This document shows positions 47,663 through 56,287 of a stretch of DNA of 64,000 nt, piece by piece (within the stretch, counting starts at the first letter, position 1; every line of letters starts with the position of its first letter). A program made the position numbers and the translations under genes. The notes under the pieces were generated by a model. It saw only the letters and a program-made list of their open reading frames with translations, was not told where the DNA came from and did not search any database. Origin of the DNA: a virus (lineage: Duplodnaviria > Caudoviricetes). The stretch is taken from IMG/VR virus record IMGVR_UViG_2799112265_000001, positions 32,001 to 96,000 of that record; one strand, given 5' to 3'.

Positions 47663-47743
47663 GTCGGCGGAGAGCAACCGCCGGCACCACCGCGAATCGA
47701 AGGAACACCCGCGATGCCCTCTCGCTCCGGCGAGGTGAGGTGA
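47663..47743 (+). promoter_or_regulatory. AGAGCAA leader module copy 13 with a 9-codon uORF (MPSRSGEVR)
   Basis: GTCGGCGG-AGAGCAA-CCGCCGGC ... CGAATCGAAGGAACACCCGCG-ATG at 47714, stop at 47743. Confidence 0.85.
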
Positions 47744-47744
47744 C

Positions 47745-49715
47745 GTGTTCATACCGGACTCCGATCACCTCACCTCATCCGCGACCAGCTCCCCGCACGG
47801 CCGGACCCGCCGCGCGGCCGCCGCGATCTGCCGCCTGTGCGGGCGCCTGCGCTACGAACTCGCTCCGGCCGCCGCCACGGTCGGCATGACCTGCCTGGGC
47901 TGGCTCCACCACCTCGCCGGCGTGAACACCGCCTCCTACATCGGGTACGGCCTCGGGATCGCCGCCACCAGCGCGCTCACCGCGGGCGGCCTCAAGTTCA
48001 AAAGCGCCCCCGCCGCCTCCATCGGCATGGTGGGCACCGGCAGTCTCATCAACACCACCATCGGCGCGGCCACCGGCCCCTCCGTGCCCTCCCTGATCGC
48101 CTCCGGTGTCGTCACCCTGGCCGCGTACGCCACGTACCTGCCGTGGCTGATCAAGACCCGGCACGACCGCATCAACCTCCAGATCAAGGCCGCGAAGACC
48201 GGCCCGCTCCCGGACGGCATGGGCGTCAACGTCGGCATGCCCGGCGTCATGGGGGACACCGAGGAGGAGACCGCGCTCCGCCGCGCCCTTGTCGCCCTCG
48301 GAACCCCCGCCGTGGACGTCTCCCGGCTCCGGTTCAGCGACACCGGCTGGCACGCCGTGGTGACGCTCCCGCCCGGCAAGAACACCTCGGCCGAGGCCAT
48401 CAAGGCCCGGCGGCAACAGCTCGAAGCCAACCTCGGCCTGCCGGGCAAGCTGCACCTGGCCGAGGGCGCCCAGGCCAACGAGCTGCTGGTGTTCATGCAG
48501 ACTTTCGACCCGCTCGCCGAGACGGTGCCGTGGCCGGGCCCGTCTATCCCCTCGATCGAGCAGCCGCTGCCCATCGGGGTGTACCCCGACGGCACCGAGA
48601 CGTTCCTCGACCTGGTCGCCGGGCACGTCCTCATCGCGGGCGGCACCGACATGGGCAAGTCGACCGTCATCAACTGCATCATCGGGAACCTGGTCGCCTG
48701 CGCCGACGCCGAGATCCTCGGTATCGACATGAAGCCGGGCGCCCTTGAGCTGGGCCCGTGGCGGCGGAACATGCTCGCCCTGGCCGACGGCGCCGATGCG
48801 GCCCGCCAGGTTCTCACCATGTTCAAGGCGGAGATGCACCGCCGAGGGAAGTACCTGGCGTCTCTGCGCGGCCCGAACGGCGAGCCCGTCCGGAAGTGGA
48901 CGTCCGAGCACGGCCCGTACTGGGTCCTCGTCATCGACGAGCTGGCCGAGCTGCTGCGCCAGGCCCCGGACGTGGCCGCCGAGCTGGTCACCATCAACCA
49001 GGTGGCCCGCGCCATGGGCATGCGCGTCATCTCCGCGACCCAGTCGCCCAGCGAGCAGGCGTTCGGCGGGAAGGGTACCGACGCCCGCCAGCAGTACAGC
49101 ACCCGCATCGGGCTGCCCATGTTCGAGCCCGAGCCCATCAACATGGTGTTCGGCCGGGGCGCGTACGGGCAGGGCTGGCGCCTGGACTGGCTCTACCTCC
49201 CCGGCAAGTACATGGTGATGTCCCGCCGGTACACCACGCCCCGCGAGGGCCGCGGCTACTACGTGAGCGACGCCGACATCGTGGCCGTCTCCACCGAGCA
49301 CGCCCGGTACGACGAGACGCTGGTCCAGGAAGCGCGGCCGCACCCGGAGCCCGACCCGGAGCCCCCGAGGCCGCCCGGCGGGGGAGGCCCGCGCGGCGGC
49401 CGGCCGACGCTGCGCGCCGTGCCGACGTTCCCGGACGGCTCCCGCATCCCCGACAACCGGCTGCCGCTGTGGCAGGCCCTGGAGAAGGCCGGACCCGAGG
49501 GCCTGACCAAACCCGAGGCGGTCCGGCACGGCATCTGCAACCACCACACGTCCATCGCCCCCTACCTGGCGCAGTGGGCCGCCCAGGGATGGGTCGAGGA
49601 GGACGGCAAGCGGGACCGGGCGATCGTCTACGTCCTCACCGCCGCCCAGCACTCACCCGCCCCCGAGGCGCCCGCCACCGACGAGGAGAACCCCGCATGT
49701 CCCGCGAGCCTGTGA
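47745..49715 (+). CDS. traB: FtsK/SpoIIIE-family conjugative DNA translocase (TraB-like)
   Basis: N-terminal TMs, Walker A GGTDMGKS, Walker B VIDELAEL, ATQSP, C-terminal wHTH-like region. Confidence 0.9.
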   Translation: MFIPDSDHLTSSATSSPHGRTRRAAAAICRLCGRLRYELAPAAATVGMTCLGWLHHLAGVNTASYIGYGLGIAATSALTAGGLKFKSAPAASIGMVGTGSLINTTIGAATGPSVPSLIASGVVTLAAYATYLPWLIKTRHDRINLQIKAAKTGPLPDGMGVNVGMPGVMGDTEEETALRRALVALGTPAVDVSRLRFSDTGWHAVVTLPPGKNTSAEAIKARRQQLEANLGLPGKLHLAEGAQANELLVFMQTFDPLAETVPWPGPSIPSIEQPLPIGVYPDGTETFLDLVAGHVLIAGGTDMGKSTVINCIIGNLVACADAEILGIDMKPGALELGPWRRNMLALADGADAARQVLTMFKAEMHRRGKYLASLRGPNGEPVRKWTSEHGPYWVLVIDELAELLRQAPDVAAELVTINQVARAMGMRVISATQSPSEQAFGGKGTDARQQYSTRIGLPMFEPEPINMVFGRGAYGQGWRLDWLYLPGKYMVMSRRYTTPREGRGYYVSDADIVAVSTEHARYDETLVQEARPHPEPDPEPPRPPGGGGPRGGRPTLRAVPTFPDGSRIPDNRLPLWQALEKAGPEGLTKPEAVRHGICNHHTSIAPYLAQWAAQGWVEEDGKRDRAIVYVLTAAQHSPAPEAPATDEENPACPASL

Positions 49716-50008
49716 TCCCCACGAGCGTCTACCAGCCCATGGCCACGCACTACCCGGTGGAGGAGTACCAGGCGCAGCACTGCCAGTGCGGGCACTCCCA
49801 CAGCCAGGCGCCGGTGCAGAACATCACCATCAAGCAGGCCGACCCGTGGCTGCGCTACATCGGGGTGGGCTTCGCCGGGGCCGGGATCGGCTTGCTCGTC
49901 TTTGCCAGCATCGTGGCGACGCTCATCGCGGCCGGCGCGTGCGCACTGTGCGTCGCCGTGGCCACCTGGGCGCTGCGCGGCCTGTTCAACGGCAAGAAGG
50001 CGTCCTAG
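49697..50008 (+). CDS. SpdD-like plasmid spread membrane protein
   Basis: CxC then a long Ala/Val hydrophobic tail, directly after traB. Confidence 0.65.
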   Translation: MSREPVIPTSVYQPMATHYPVEEYQAQHCQCGHSHSQAPVQNITIKQADPWLRYIGVGFAGAGIGLLVFASIVATLIAAGACALCVAVATWALRGLFNGKKAS

Positions 50009-50088
50009 GCCCACAGCACTTAACCGACTCACTGCGTGAAGGGCAGGGGGCGCGTTCGCCCCCTGCCCGCTGACGAGAGGAACTGACG

Positions 50089-50403
50089 GTGCTGGAAGTC
50101 CGGATGACCGAGCACGCGGCGCACTTCAACCTGATCGACGAGACTGGCCAGATCGGCTCGGTGTTCTTCGCGGAGGCCGACGGAGAGGACCCGGCCGGGG
50201 GCTGGTACGCCGCCGTCAGCCGGTCCCAGTTCCCCGGCGCAGAGTGGCAGAGCGGCCCCCACCCCACCGCGCCGCTGGCGGTCGCGGCCGCATACCCCTT
50301 GCAAGCTCAACTGCGGGAGGAGCGGAAGAAGCTCGCCCACTGGCATCGGGTGAACCGCACACGGCTGATCAGCACGCCCATGGGCGGCAAGCCGCGCGGG
50401 TAA
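50089..50403 (+). CDS. hypothetical protein
   Basis: GAGGA RBS. Confidence 0.6.
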   Translation: MLEVRMTEHAAHFNLIDETGQIGSVFFAEADGEDPAGGWYAAVSRSQFPGAEWQSGPHPTAPLAVAAAYPLQAQLREERKKLAHWHRVNRTRLISTPMGGKPRG

Positions 50404-50476
50404 CTCCCGGCGCGACAGGGGCCCGTGTCGGCCGTTCGTGCGATGATCACCGGCTATGGGGAGATACACGTGGGGG

Positions 50477-50899
50477 ATGAAGGCCAGCATGCTGGTCCTG
50501 ACCGTGGCGGCCGCGAGCGGCTGCGGCACGTCGGAGAAGGCAGAGCAGCCGGTGGCAGCGAAGCCGAAGACGGTGAGCGTGGCGGCCGCCACCGAAGACT
50601 TCAAGGCCGCCGTGGACAAGTTCGACACGGACGGCGGGTGCCTGGAACAGGCCCCGGGGACGTGCTGGTCGGAGATGACCGCGGTGATGGAGCCCGCCCG
50701 GACCCTGCGGAAGGCGATGAACGCCGACAAGACGGTGGGCCCCGACTTCTGGACCGGTGCGTACGCCTTGATCAACACCATGGAGAAGGGCATCGCGGTC
50801 GGAGAGGACAAGGGCGCCGGCACCTTCTCCAACCGGCCAGACGTCCTCGGCTCCGCGCACCACTTGGCCGACTGGCTGGACGAGCACCCGCTCAGTTGA
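50477..50899 (+). CDS. putative lipoprotein
   Basis: MKASMLVLTVAAASGC lipobox. Confidence 0.75.
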   Translation: MKASMLVLTVAAASGCGTSEKAEQPVAAKPKTVSVAAATEDFKAAVDKFDTDGGCLEQAPGTCWSEMTAVMEPARTLRKAMNADKTVGPDFWTGAYALINTMEKGIAVGEDKGAGTFSNRPDVLGSAHHLADWLDEHPLS

Positions 50900-50917
50900 G
50901 GTAGCGGTAAGACCGCG

Positions 50918-50946
50918 AGAGCCCCGACCTGTGTGGTCGGGGCTCT
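50918..50946. terminator. terminator hairpin overlapping the last mini-array repeat
   Basis: AGAGCCCCGACC-TGTGT-GGTCGGGGCTCT. Confidence 0.75.
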
Positions 50947-51066
50947 GCCCCGCCAGCGCGGGGGCGACCCGTCGGTGAGACGGGAGAGCGGAACATCCCC
51001 GCGAGGGCGGGGTCAACCACTCCATGAAACAGAGGAGCGGATCATCCCCGCGCACGCGGGGGACCA
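50940..51066 (-). CRISPR. cas-less type I-E-like mini-array: three degenerate 29-nt repeats, two 20-nt spacers
   Basis: Repeats TGGTCCCCCGCGTGCGCGGGGATGATCCG (51066-51038), GTTGACCCCGCCCTCGCGGGGATGTTCCG (51017-50989), GTCGCCCCCGCGCTGGCGGGGCAGAGCCC (50968-50940); period exactly 49. Confidence 0.75.
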
Positions 51067-51108
51067 ACACCCCCACTATGGCACGTCGGGCTGCTCGTTG
51101 GGTCGGTT

Positions 51109-51465
51109 TCAAAACCCGCGCTTCACGGGCAAGGGTCGAGTGCCTCTGCAGCGCACATCACGACAGCGCAGCAGCATCTCGCCCTCTTCGGCATTCCACG
51201 CCCCTCGCTCGGTCATGTTCGAGGCTCCGCACGATGGGCAACAGCGGCGCGGGTTGACGTGAGAGACGGGAAACTTGACCTGAAAGTCCCGGTTTCTATC
51301 GCAAAGCTCGTGATGTGGGTGCTTGGTACCATAGACGCGATTATTGGTACATGGCACGCAGCAACTGATTCCTGCGGCGGTCCATCTTCCACACCAGCAT
51401 GATTCGACTTCGAGTCCCATTGCGTTCAGCTGGACTTTCCGGCTCTTCTGCGGCTCAGGGTTCAC
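51109..51465 (-). CDS. Cys-rich low-GC hypothetical protein
   Basis: AGGAG RBS, 11 Cys, immediately upstream of the mini-array. Confidence 0.5.
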   Translation of the reverse strand: MNPEPQKSRKVQLNAMGLEVESCWCGRWTAAGISCCVPCTNNRVYGTKHPHHELCDRNRDFQVKFPVSHVNPRRCCPSCGASNMTERGAWNAEEGEMLLRCRDVRCRGTRPLPVKRGF

Positions 51466-51474
51466 GGGGAACTC

Positions 51475-52038
51475 CTACGCTCCGAGCGGGTCGCGCAGCA
51501 TCGTGGCGAAGACCGGGGAGTCGTCAAAGGGCTGCTGCTCACCGATCTTCCGATACCCCCAGGACTCGTAGACCGCCTTGAGGCGGCCGCCGGACAGCTC
51601 CGGGTTGACCAGGAGGGTTACGCGCTGCTCCTGCCTCTGAGACAGGAGTTCCTCGTGAAGAGCCCGAGCGGCGCCCTGACCGTGCGCGCCACGCCATTTC
51701 CGGCGGACGAGGATCTCGTTCAACGCGAGGGTGCGCTCCCCATCCTCCCGAACGTAGTCAGCCGGGTGATCGTGGCGTTCGTTGTCCCACCACTTGGTGT
51801 CGGCGCCGAGAGGAACGGCGAAGACGTACCCGATGGGTTCCTCCTCGCCCGAGTAGGCCACGACGGCCTCCCAGCCGGGGCGCGAGGCGTACATGGTGAG
51901 CCGTTCATCGAACCGTTCGGGGTGGTAGAAGGGCTGGTTCAGCAGCCCGAACTCCCCGCGGACCTCGATGTGGATGTCGAGGATGAGATCGCGGACAGAG
52001 TCGACATCTGCCGTTCGGCGGTAGGTCGTGCCGTTCAT
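51475..52038 (-). CDS. GNAT acetyltransferase
   Basis: LNEILVRRKWRG...G.ARALH and YESWGYRKIG; ATGA-coupled to the regulator. Confidence 0.85.
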   Translation of the reverse strand: MNGTTYRRTADVDSVRDLILDIHIEVRGEFGLLNQPFYHPERFDERLTMYASRPGWEAVVAYSGEEEPIGYVFAVPLGADTKWWDNERHDHPADYVREDGERTLALNEILVRRKWRGAHGQGAARALHEELLSQRQEQRVTLLVNPELSGGRLKAVYESWGYRKIGEQQPFDDSPVFATMLRDPLGA

Positions 52039-53300
52039 GCGGCTTCCCTTCGGTGTTCCAGCCATGCCGTGGTGTCCGAGCTGGTCGGAGCGATGGATGT
52101 GAGGCGCCGGGTGAAGTCGTTCAGGAGGACGTGCACGCGGCCGTGGCGGGCCATGTCGGCTGGGATCTTCCGTGCGGAGGCGACGGCGGTCTCGACTTCG
52201 CGCTGCCCGAGCTGGGCCAGGGCGAGGTTGGCGTAGGTCAGGGACCGGTTGCGCTCGAGGTCGGGGCGGAGTTTCCCGAGGCAGCGGTGTGCGTGCCGTT
52301 CAGCGTCTTCACAGCGGCCGAGCCGCAGGTAGGCGAAGGTGGCCAGGCTGTCGAGTTCGGCCTGGTCGTAGAAGGCCATCCACGGGGGACGGTGCTTGGA
52401 CCGGTCGGCTCGTTCGTAAGCGCTCTGGGCGAGCTTGATGGCCCGGACGGCTCCCCGCTCGTCTGCCATGTCGGCGTGGAAGGTGGCCAGCCGGGCGAGC
52501 GCCAGGGAGGCGTACAGGGGGTCGGCGCGAGTGATGGGGGTGGAGCGGGCGGCTTCGCCTGCGGCGACGGCGTCGGCGTGGCGGCCGAGGTGCCGGTACA
52601 TGATGCCCGCGTGCCCCCACACCCGGTACAGGATGGCGTGGTTGTTCGCCAGTCCAGCGAGGGTCACGGCCCGGTTGAGGTAGGGCTCGGCTTCGTCCAG
52701 GCGGCGGCCGTCGATGGCGGCCCACATGGCGCTGGCCGTGAACGCGGCCGCGACGGAGTAGCACTCCGACCGGATGCGGCTGGAGGCGATGTGCTGGTTG
52801 GGTAGGTCGGCGCTTTCCTCGGCGAGCGCGGCCGCGTGCTGCTGGAGCTGCCGGGTGCCTCCGTACCGGTTGTCCATGCTGACGAGGGCGGCGAGTTTCG
52901 CGTTCAGCCGGTCGACGTCGGTGGAACCCAGGCGGCGTTGGTTGGCGGAGGGGGCGGTGAGCGAGGCGCCGGCGGCAGTGGCCGCGGCGAGGAATGTGCG
53001 TCGGAACAACGGATCGTCCTCAAGAGATGAGAGGGAGAGCCCTGGGGTCTTAGTTCCCCGAGGAACGAACCCTAGCTCTAGGGGAGTTCGGCCGGTAACC
53101 GCCTGTAAGGCGATGCGAAGTGCGGTGTTCGGCCAGCGGACCTCGCCGCTGAGCAGCTTGTAGACGTGGCGGTCGTGGATGGTGCCGTACCGGCCGGTGA
53201 GGTCGTGAAGTGTCTTGTTGACCAGCTTCACCAGCTCTTCGACTTTCACGCCGTGCTCGCGCATCCACGCCGTGAGAGCCTCGTTCCGCGTCCCCGTCAT
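52035..53300 (-). CDS. XRE-like HTH plus TPR-like transcriptional regulator
   Basis: RNEALTAWM...GEVRWP...ELGF N-domain, RRTFL linker, RPPWMAFYDQAEL. Confidence 0.85.
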   Translation of the reverse strand: MTGTRNEALTAWMREHGVKVEELVKLVNKTLHDLTGRYGTIHDRHVYKLLSGEVRWPNTALRIALQAVTGRTPLELGFVPRGTKTPGLSLSSLEDDPLFRRTFLAAATAAGASLTAPSANQRRLGSTDVDRLNAKLAALVSMDNRYGGTRQLQQHAAALAEESADLPNQHIASSRIRSECYSVAAAFTASAMWAAIDGRRLDEAEPYLNRAVTLAGLANNHAILYRVWGHAGIMYRHLGRHADAVAAGEAARSTPITRADPLYASLALARLATFHADMADERGAVRAIKLAQSAYERADRSKHRPPWMAFYDQAELDSLATFAYLRLGRCEDAERHAHRCLGKLRPDLERNRSLTYANLALAQLGQREVETAVASARKIPADMARHGRVHVLLNDFTRRLTSIAPTSSDTTAWLEHRREAA

Positions 53301-53457
53301 GACAGAACGTTAGGACTTGACCGCCCTGCGATAGGTAAAGCGGGAGTCAAAATGGCAGGGCGACTGCTCGTAACTTCCGCCCCAGATGGCATTACTGACG
53401 CCCCCTCGGCAGCGGTTACCTACCTCGTAAGACGACCGCGACCGAGGAGGTAGTGCA

Positions 53458-54042
53458 GTGACGGGGCCCCTGCCGCACACCGCGCGCCACGTACGGCCGC
53501 CGATGCCGGCCGAGGAGCGCCAAGCCCTCGAAGCCGCCTGGAACTGGCTGCTCCGGGCGGCCGACAGCCAGCGCGTTGCCGAGCGCGAGTGGGAGCCCGG
53601 CCACGGTGGGCGGACCCTGCTCAGGGCCGGGAAGACCTTCGACGTTCTCCGCGTCACCTACCGCGCGCTCGGCGTGCGTCTGCCCGACCGCGCGGGCGGC
53701 CGTCCGCTCCCGGTCCCCCGGCCGGACCTCCTCGGCAGGCTGGCCGAGCTGGGCATCACCGGCATGGTCTACCGGACCGATTACCGCCCCTACCTGTACT
53801 TCCTGGTCCCGCCGGGCACCGACCGGACCTGGCCCAAGCCCCGCCTCCTGCGCGACCAGGTGGAGTGCGTGGGTGGTTCGTACGCCGACGTGCACCTGGT
53901 GGGTGTGCCGAGCCCGCTGTGCACCGAGGGACCGCATCTCCACTGGGTGCGCCCGTTCGGGCCCGGCGGCCCCGCGGAGTGGCTCGCCGATCCCGAGCAC
54001 CTGCACCAGGTGCTGCTGGAGCGGGCGGAGGCGACCGTATGA
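53458..54042 (+). CDS. hypothetical protein (prim-pol-like motifs)
   Basis: AGKTFDVLRV, LYFLVPPGT; divergent from the regulator. Confidence 0.75.
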   Translation: MTGPLPHTARHVRPPMPAEERQALEAAWNWLLRAADSQRVAEREWEPGHGGRTLLRAGKTFDVLRVTYRALGVRLPDRAGGRPLPVPRPDLLGRLAELGITGMVYRTDYRPYLYFLVPPGTDRTWPKPRLLRDQVECVGGSYADVHLVGVPSPLCTEGPHLHWVRPFGPGGPAEWLADPEHLHQVLLERAEATV

Positions 54043-54530
54043 GGTACCGCCAGGCCGACCCTCGGGAGCTGGAGTTCCGCCCGTGGTTGACGCGCGCCCC
54101 CGAGGTCCGGCTCGTACCGACCGCTGAGAGCCGTCTCGAATCGGTGCGCCGCACCTGCTACGCCGACGTCCTGGACCGGATCGGGGGCAGCCGACCCGTG
54201 CGGGTGGCCATCTACCTCCGGGCTGCCGGCGGACTCGACACCGACTACTGGGGGCACACCCTCGCCACGCTCGCCACGGCCCGCGGTTGGCGTGTCAGCG
54301 GTCGTAGGTTCACCGACGCGGCCGGCGCCTCCTTCTTCCCCGAGTTCGAGAGCGCCTGCCAGTACGCCCGGCAGGGCTACGTCGACGGCATCCTCACCAT
54401 CCGCCGGACCAGCGTGCCGCTGGACGACGAGACGTACGAGGACCGGGTGAACCGGCTGAGGGAGCACACCACGTTCCTCGCGTTCCTCCAGCAGGTCGAT
54501 CCCACGAGCGGTGGGGGTGCGGCGTGGTGA
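54039..54530 (+). CDS. hypothetical protein resembling a serine-recombinase N-domain
   Basis: VAIYLR, ARGW.V...FTD; no evident catalytic Ser. Confidence 0.6.
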   Translation: MRYRQADPRELEFRPWLTRAPEVRLVPTAESRLESVRRTCYADVLDRIGGSRPVRVAIYLRAAGGLDTDYWGHTLATLATARGWRVSGRRFTDAAGASFFPEFESACQYARQGYVDGILTIRRTSVPLDDETYEDRVNRLREHTTFLAFLQQVDPTSGGGAAW

Positions 54531-55147
54531 CGATGCCCTACGTCCTGCCCCGCACCGGTGAACTCGGGAAGCGCGAGCCGGTCATCGTGACCCCGGCCGG
54601 CGTCCGCTACGCCGACCCGGCGCTGACTGAGACCTGGCGCGACCTCGACGGCGTGCTCTGGGAGGTACGCGAGGGTGCTCCCACGGGCCCGCCCGCGTAC
54701 ACCGCCGAGCTGCACCCGGTCCGGCAGCCCGAGGCCATGGACGGTCTGCTGTGTGCGGGCTGCCGTGAGCCCGCCGACCGGGGCCCGGACGGAATGCTGT
54801 GGCTGCTGCCCCTGCTCGGCGCCGCCCCGGACACCCGCTGGGAGGGCGTACGGACGGCGATCCCGCCGATGTGCGCCACCTGCGCCGAGCTGGCCCCCAC
54901 CGTGTGCCCGGTGCTCGGCGACGGCCACGTGGAACTCCGCGTACGGGAGGCCGGCCCCATCGGCGTACGCGGCACCCGCCACCCCCGGCCCGGCGAGCCC
55001 GGCGACCCCGACCCCGACGCCCTGGTCCTCTACGACTCCCCGGACCTGCCGTTCGTCGTCGCCCGCCAGGCCATCCGCGAGCTACGCCGCACCACCGTGG
55101 TCCGCATCTCCAAGCCGTCCGTCACCCCGCAGGAGCACCGTTGCTGA
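54527..55147 (+). CDS. Cys-containing hypothetical protein
   Basis: HPVRQ..AM..LLCAGC and PPMC..CA...CP. Confidence 0.75.
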   Translation: MTMPYVLPRTGELGKREPVIVTPAGVRYADPALTETWRDLDGVLWEVREGAPTGPPAYTAELHPVRQPEAMDGLLCAGCREPADRGPDGMLWLLPLLGAAPDTRWEGVRTAIPPMCATCAELAPTVCPVLGDGHVELRVREAGPIGVRGTRHPRPGEPGDPDPDALVLYDSPDLPFVVARQAIRELRRTTVVRISKPSVTPQEHRC

Positions 55148-55617
55148 CCGCCGACTCCCTGAGTCCCCTGGAACTGCTGCGTCTCCACAGTCTCGTCACC
55201 TACGAGTTCAGCGTCGACCTGCATCATCCGGACGCACTGAGGGGCCGCATCTGCGTGTGGTGCCACACGCCGGAGCCGACCGGGCCGCAACTGGATTACG
55301 TATTCGTTGACGGCGAGGACCCCCGAGGGTGCCGCGCCTGCTACTCCACCCGCCTGGCGTATGTGCTGACCTGGGACAACTGGGCTGCGCACGTCGACAT
55401 CTGTCCGGCCTGCACACTGGGCTGGCCCTGCTTCATGGGGCGCCGCCGCCGTGTCGAGCATGAGCGGACTTTGCCGGGCGTGAAAAGGATGCTGTGGTGC
55501 TTCCGCTGCGCCGATCCCATGCAGACCAACCGACGTGTCGCCGCACAGAGGCGGCACGAGCAGTACGGCCCGCGCATGGGCTACGTCCATGCCTCCCACA
55601 TGCCCCTCCCGTCTTAA
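55141..55617 (+). CDS. Cys-rich hypothetical protein
   Basis: AGGAG RBS, TTG start, several CxxC. Confidence 0.6.
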   Translation: MLTADSLSPLELLRLHSLVTYEFSVDLHHPDALRGRICVWCHTPEPTGPQLDYVFVDGEDPRGCRACYSTRLAYVLTWDNWAAHVDICPACTLGWPCFMGRRRRVEHERTLPGVKRMLWCFRCADPMQTNRRVAAQRRHEQYGPRMGYVHASHMPLPS

Positions 55618-55708
55618 CCACAGGCCCCTGCTCGGCGGCCGGGATGTCACTTGCTCGGTCGTCGGGCAGGCAGCAAGGCACCATCCCTTCAAGGAGAGGA
55701 AGCCGCAC

Positions 55709-56287
55709 ATGTCCCAGACCGGCATGCCTGCCGTGGAGACCGTCGCGGTCGCCGCGCAGCAGATCGTGGACCGCATCAAGGGCGACCCCGAGTTCGGCGC
55801 GTTCGAGGCGGCGTCGCTGGAGTACGGCGAGGACTGGCAGTGCTTCACCGGGTTTCCGGTGGTCAGCCTGTGGAAGCTGGAGACGGACGCCGCACCGCTG
55901 TTCGAGGAGGGTCTGCGCGCCCTCGCGCTGAAGGCCGCGGTGTACGCGGCCACCGGCGACGACAAGGTGGCGGAGGTCGCCATCGCTGTGCCGGTGGACG
56001 AGATGACCCACGCGATGCTCGCTCAGACGCAGTTGTTCGCGCGGATCGCGGTCCGGTGCGGGGTCGGCATCATCCACCAGACGGACCAGGAGCACACCGA
56101 CTACCGCTCGGGCGGGTACACCTACGACTGCTACCGGGCGGCGTGGGGTGAGCCCCCGGCCCGCTACTGGCTGGACCACGAGGAGGTGGAGCGGCGCCGT
56201 GACGTCCTGGCCGGCCGGTACGAGAGCATCGGCGTGGGACGTTCCGGCCGGGAGCACAGCATCGACTTCGCCACGGTCGCGGCCTAG
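55709..56287 (+). CDS. hypothetical protein
   Basis: GGAGAGGA RBS; PVDEMTHAML and YRAAWGEPP..YW. Confidence 0.8.
   Translation: MSQTGMPAVETVAVAAQQIVDRIKGDPEFGAFEAASLEYGEDWQCFTGFPVVSLWKLETDAAPLFEEGLRALALKAAVYAATGDDKVAEVAIAVPVDEMTHAMLAQTQLFARIAVRCGVGIIHQTDQEHTDYRSGGYTYDCYRAAWGEPPARYWLDHEEVERRRDVLAGRYESIGVGRSGREHSIDFATVAA

Noticed and set aside
1-47713. AGAGCAA repeats as a CRISPR array or integron attC sites
   Set aside because: Dispersed, always oriented towards a start codon, no regular spacing and no attC R boxes
47735-47747. prfB-like +1 frameshift at AGG-TGA-C
   Set aside because: AGG to GGT re-pairing is poor; reinitiation at the GTG with its own RBS is simpler
50943-50971. Third CRISPR repeat read on the plus strand as an inverted copy
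   Set aside because: The minus reading gives a GT start and an exact 49-nt period; some ambiguity remains because the stem is palindromic
51248-51277. Self-target of spacer 2 (GAGACGGGA)
   Set aside because: Only about 9 nt match, expected by chance
54039-54530. Active serine recombinase
   Set aside because: Catalytic Ser motif and DNA-binding domain not evident
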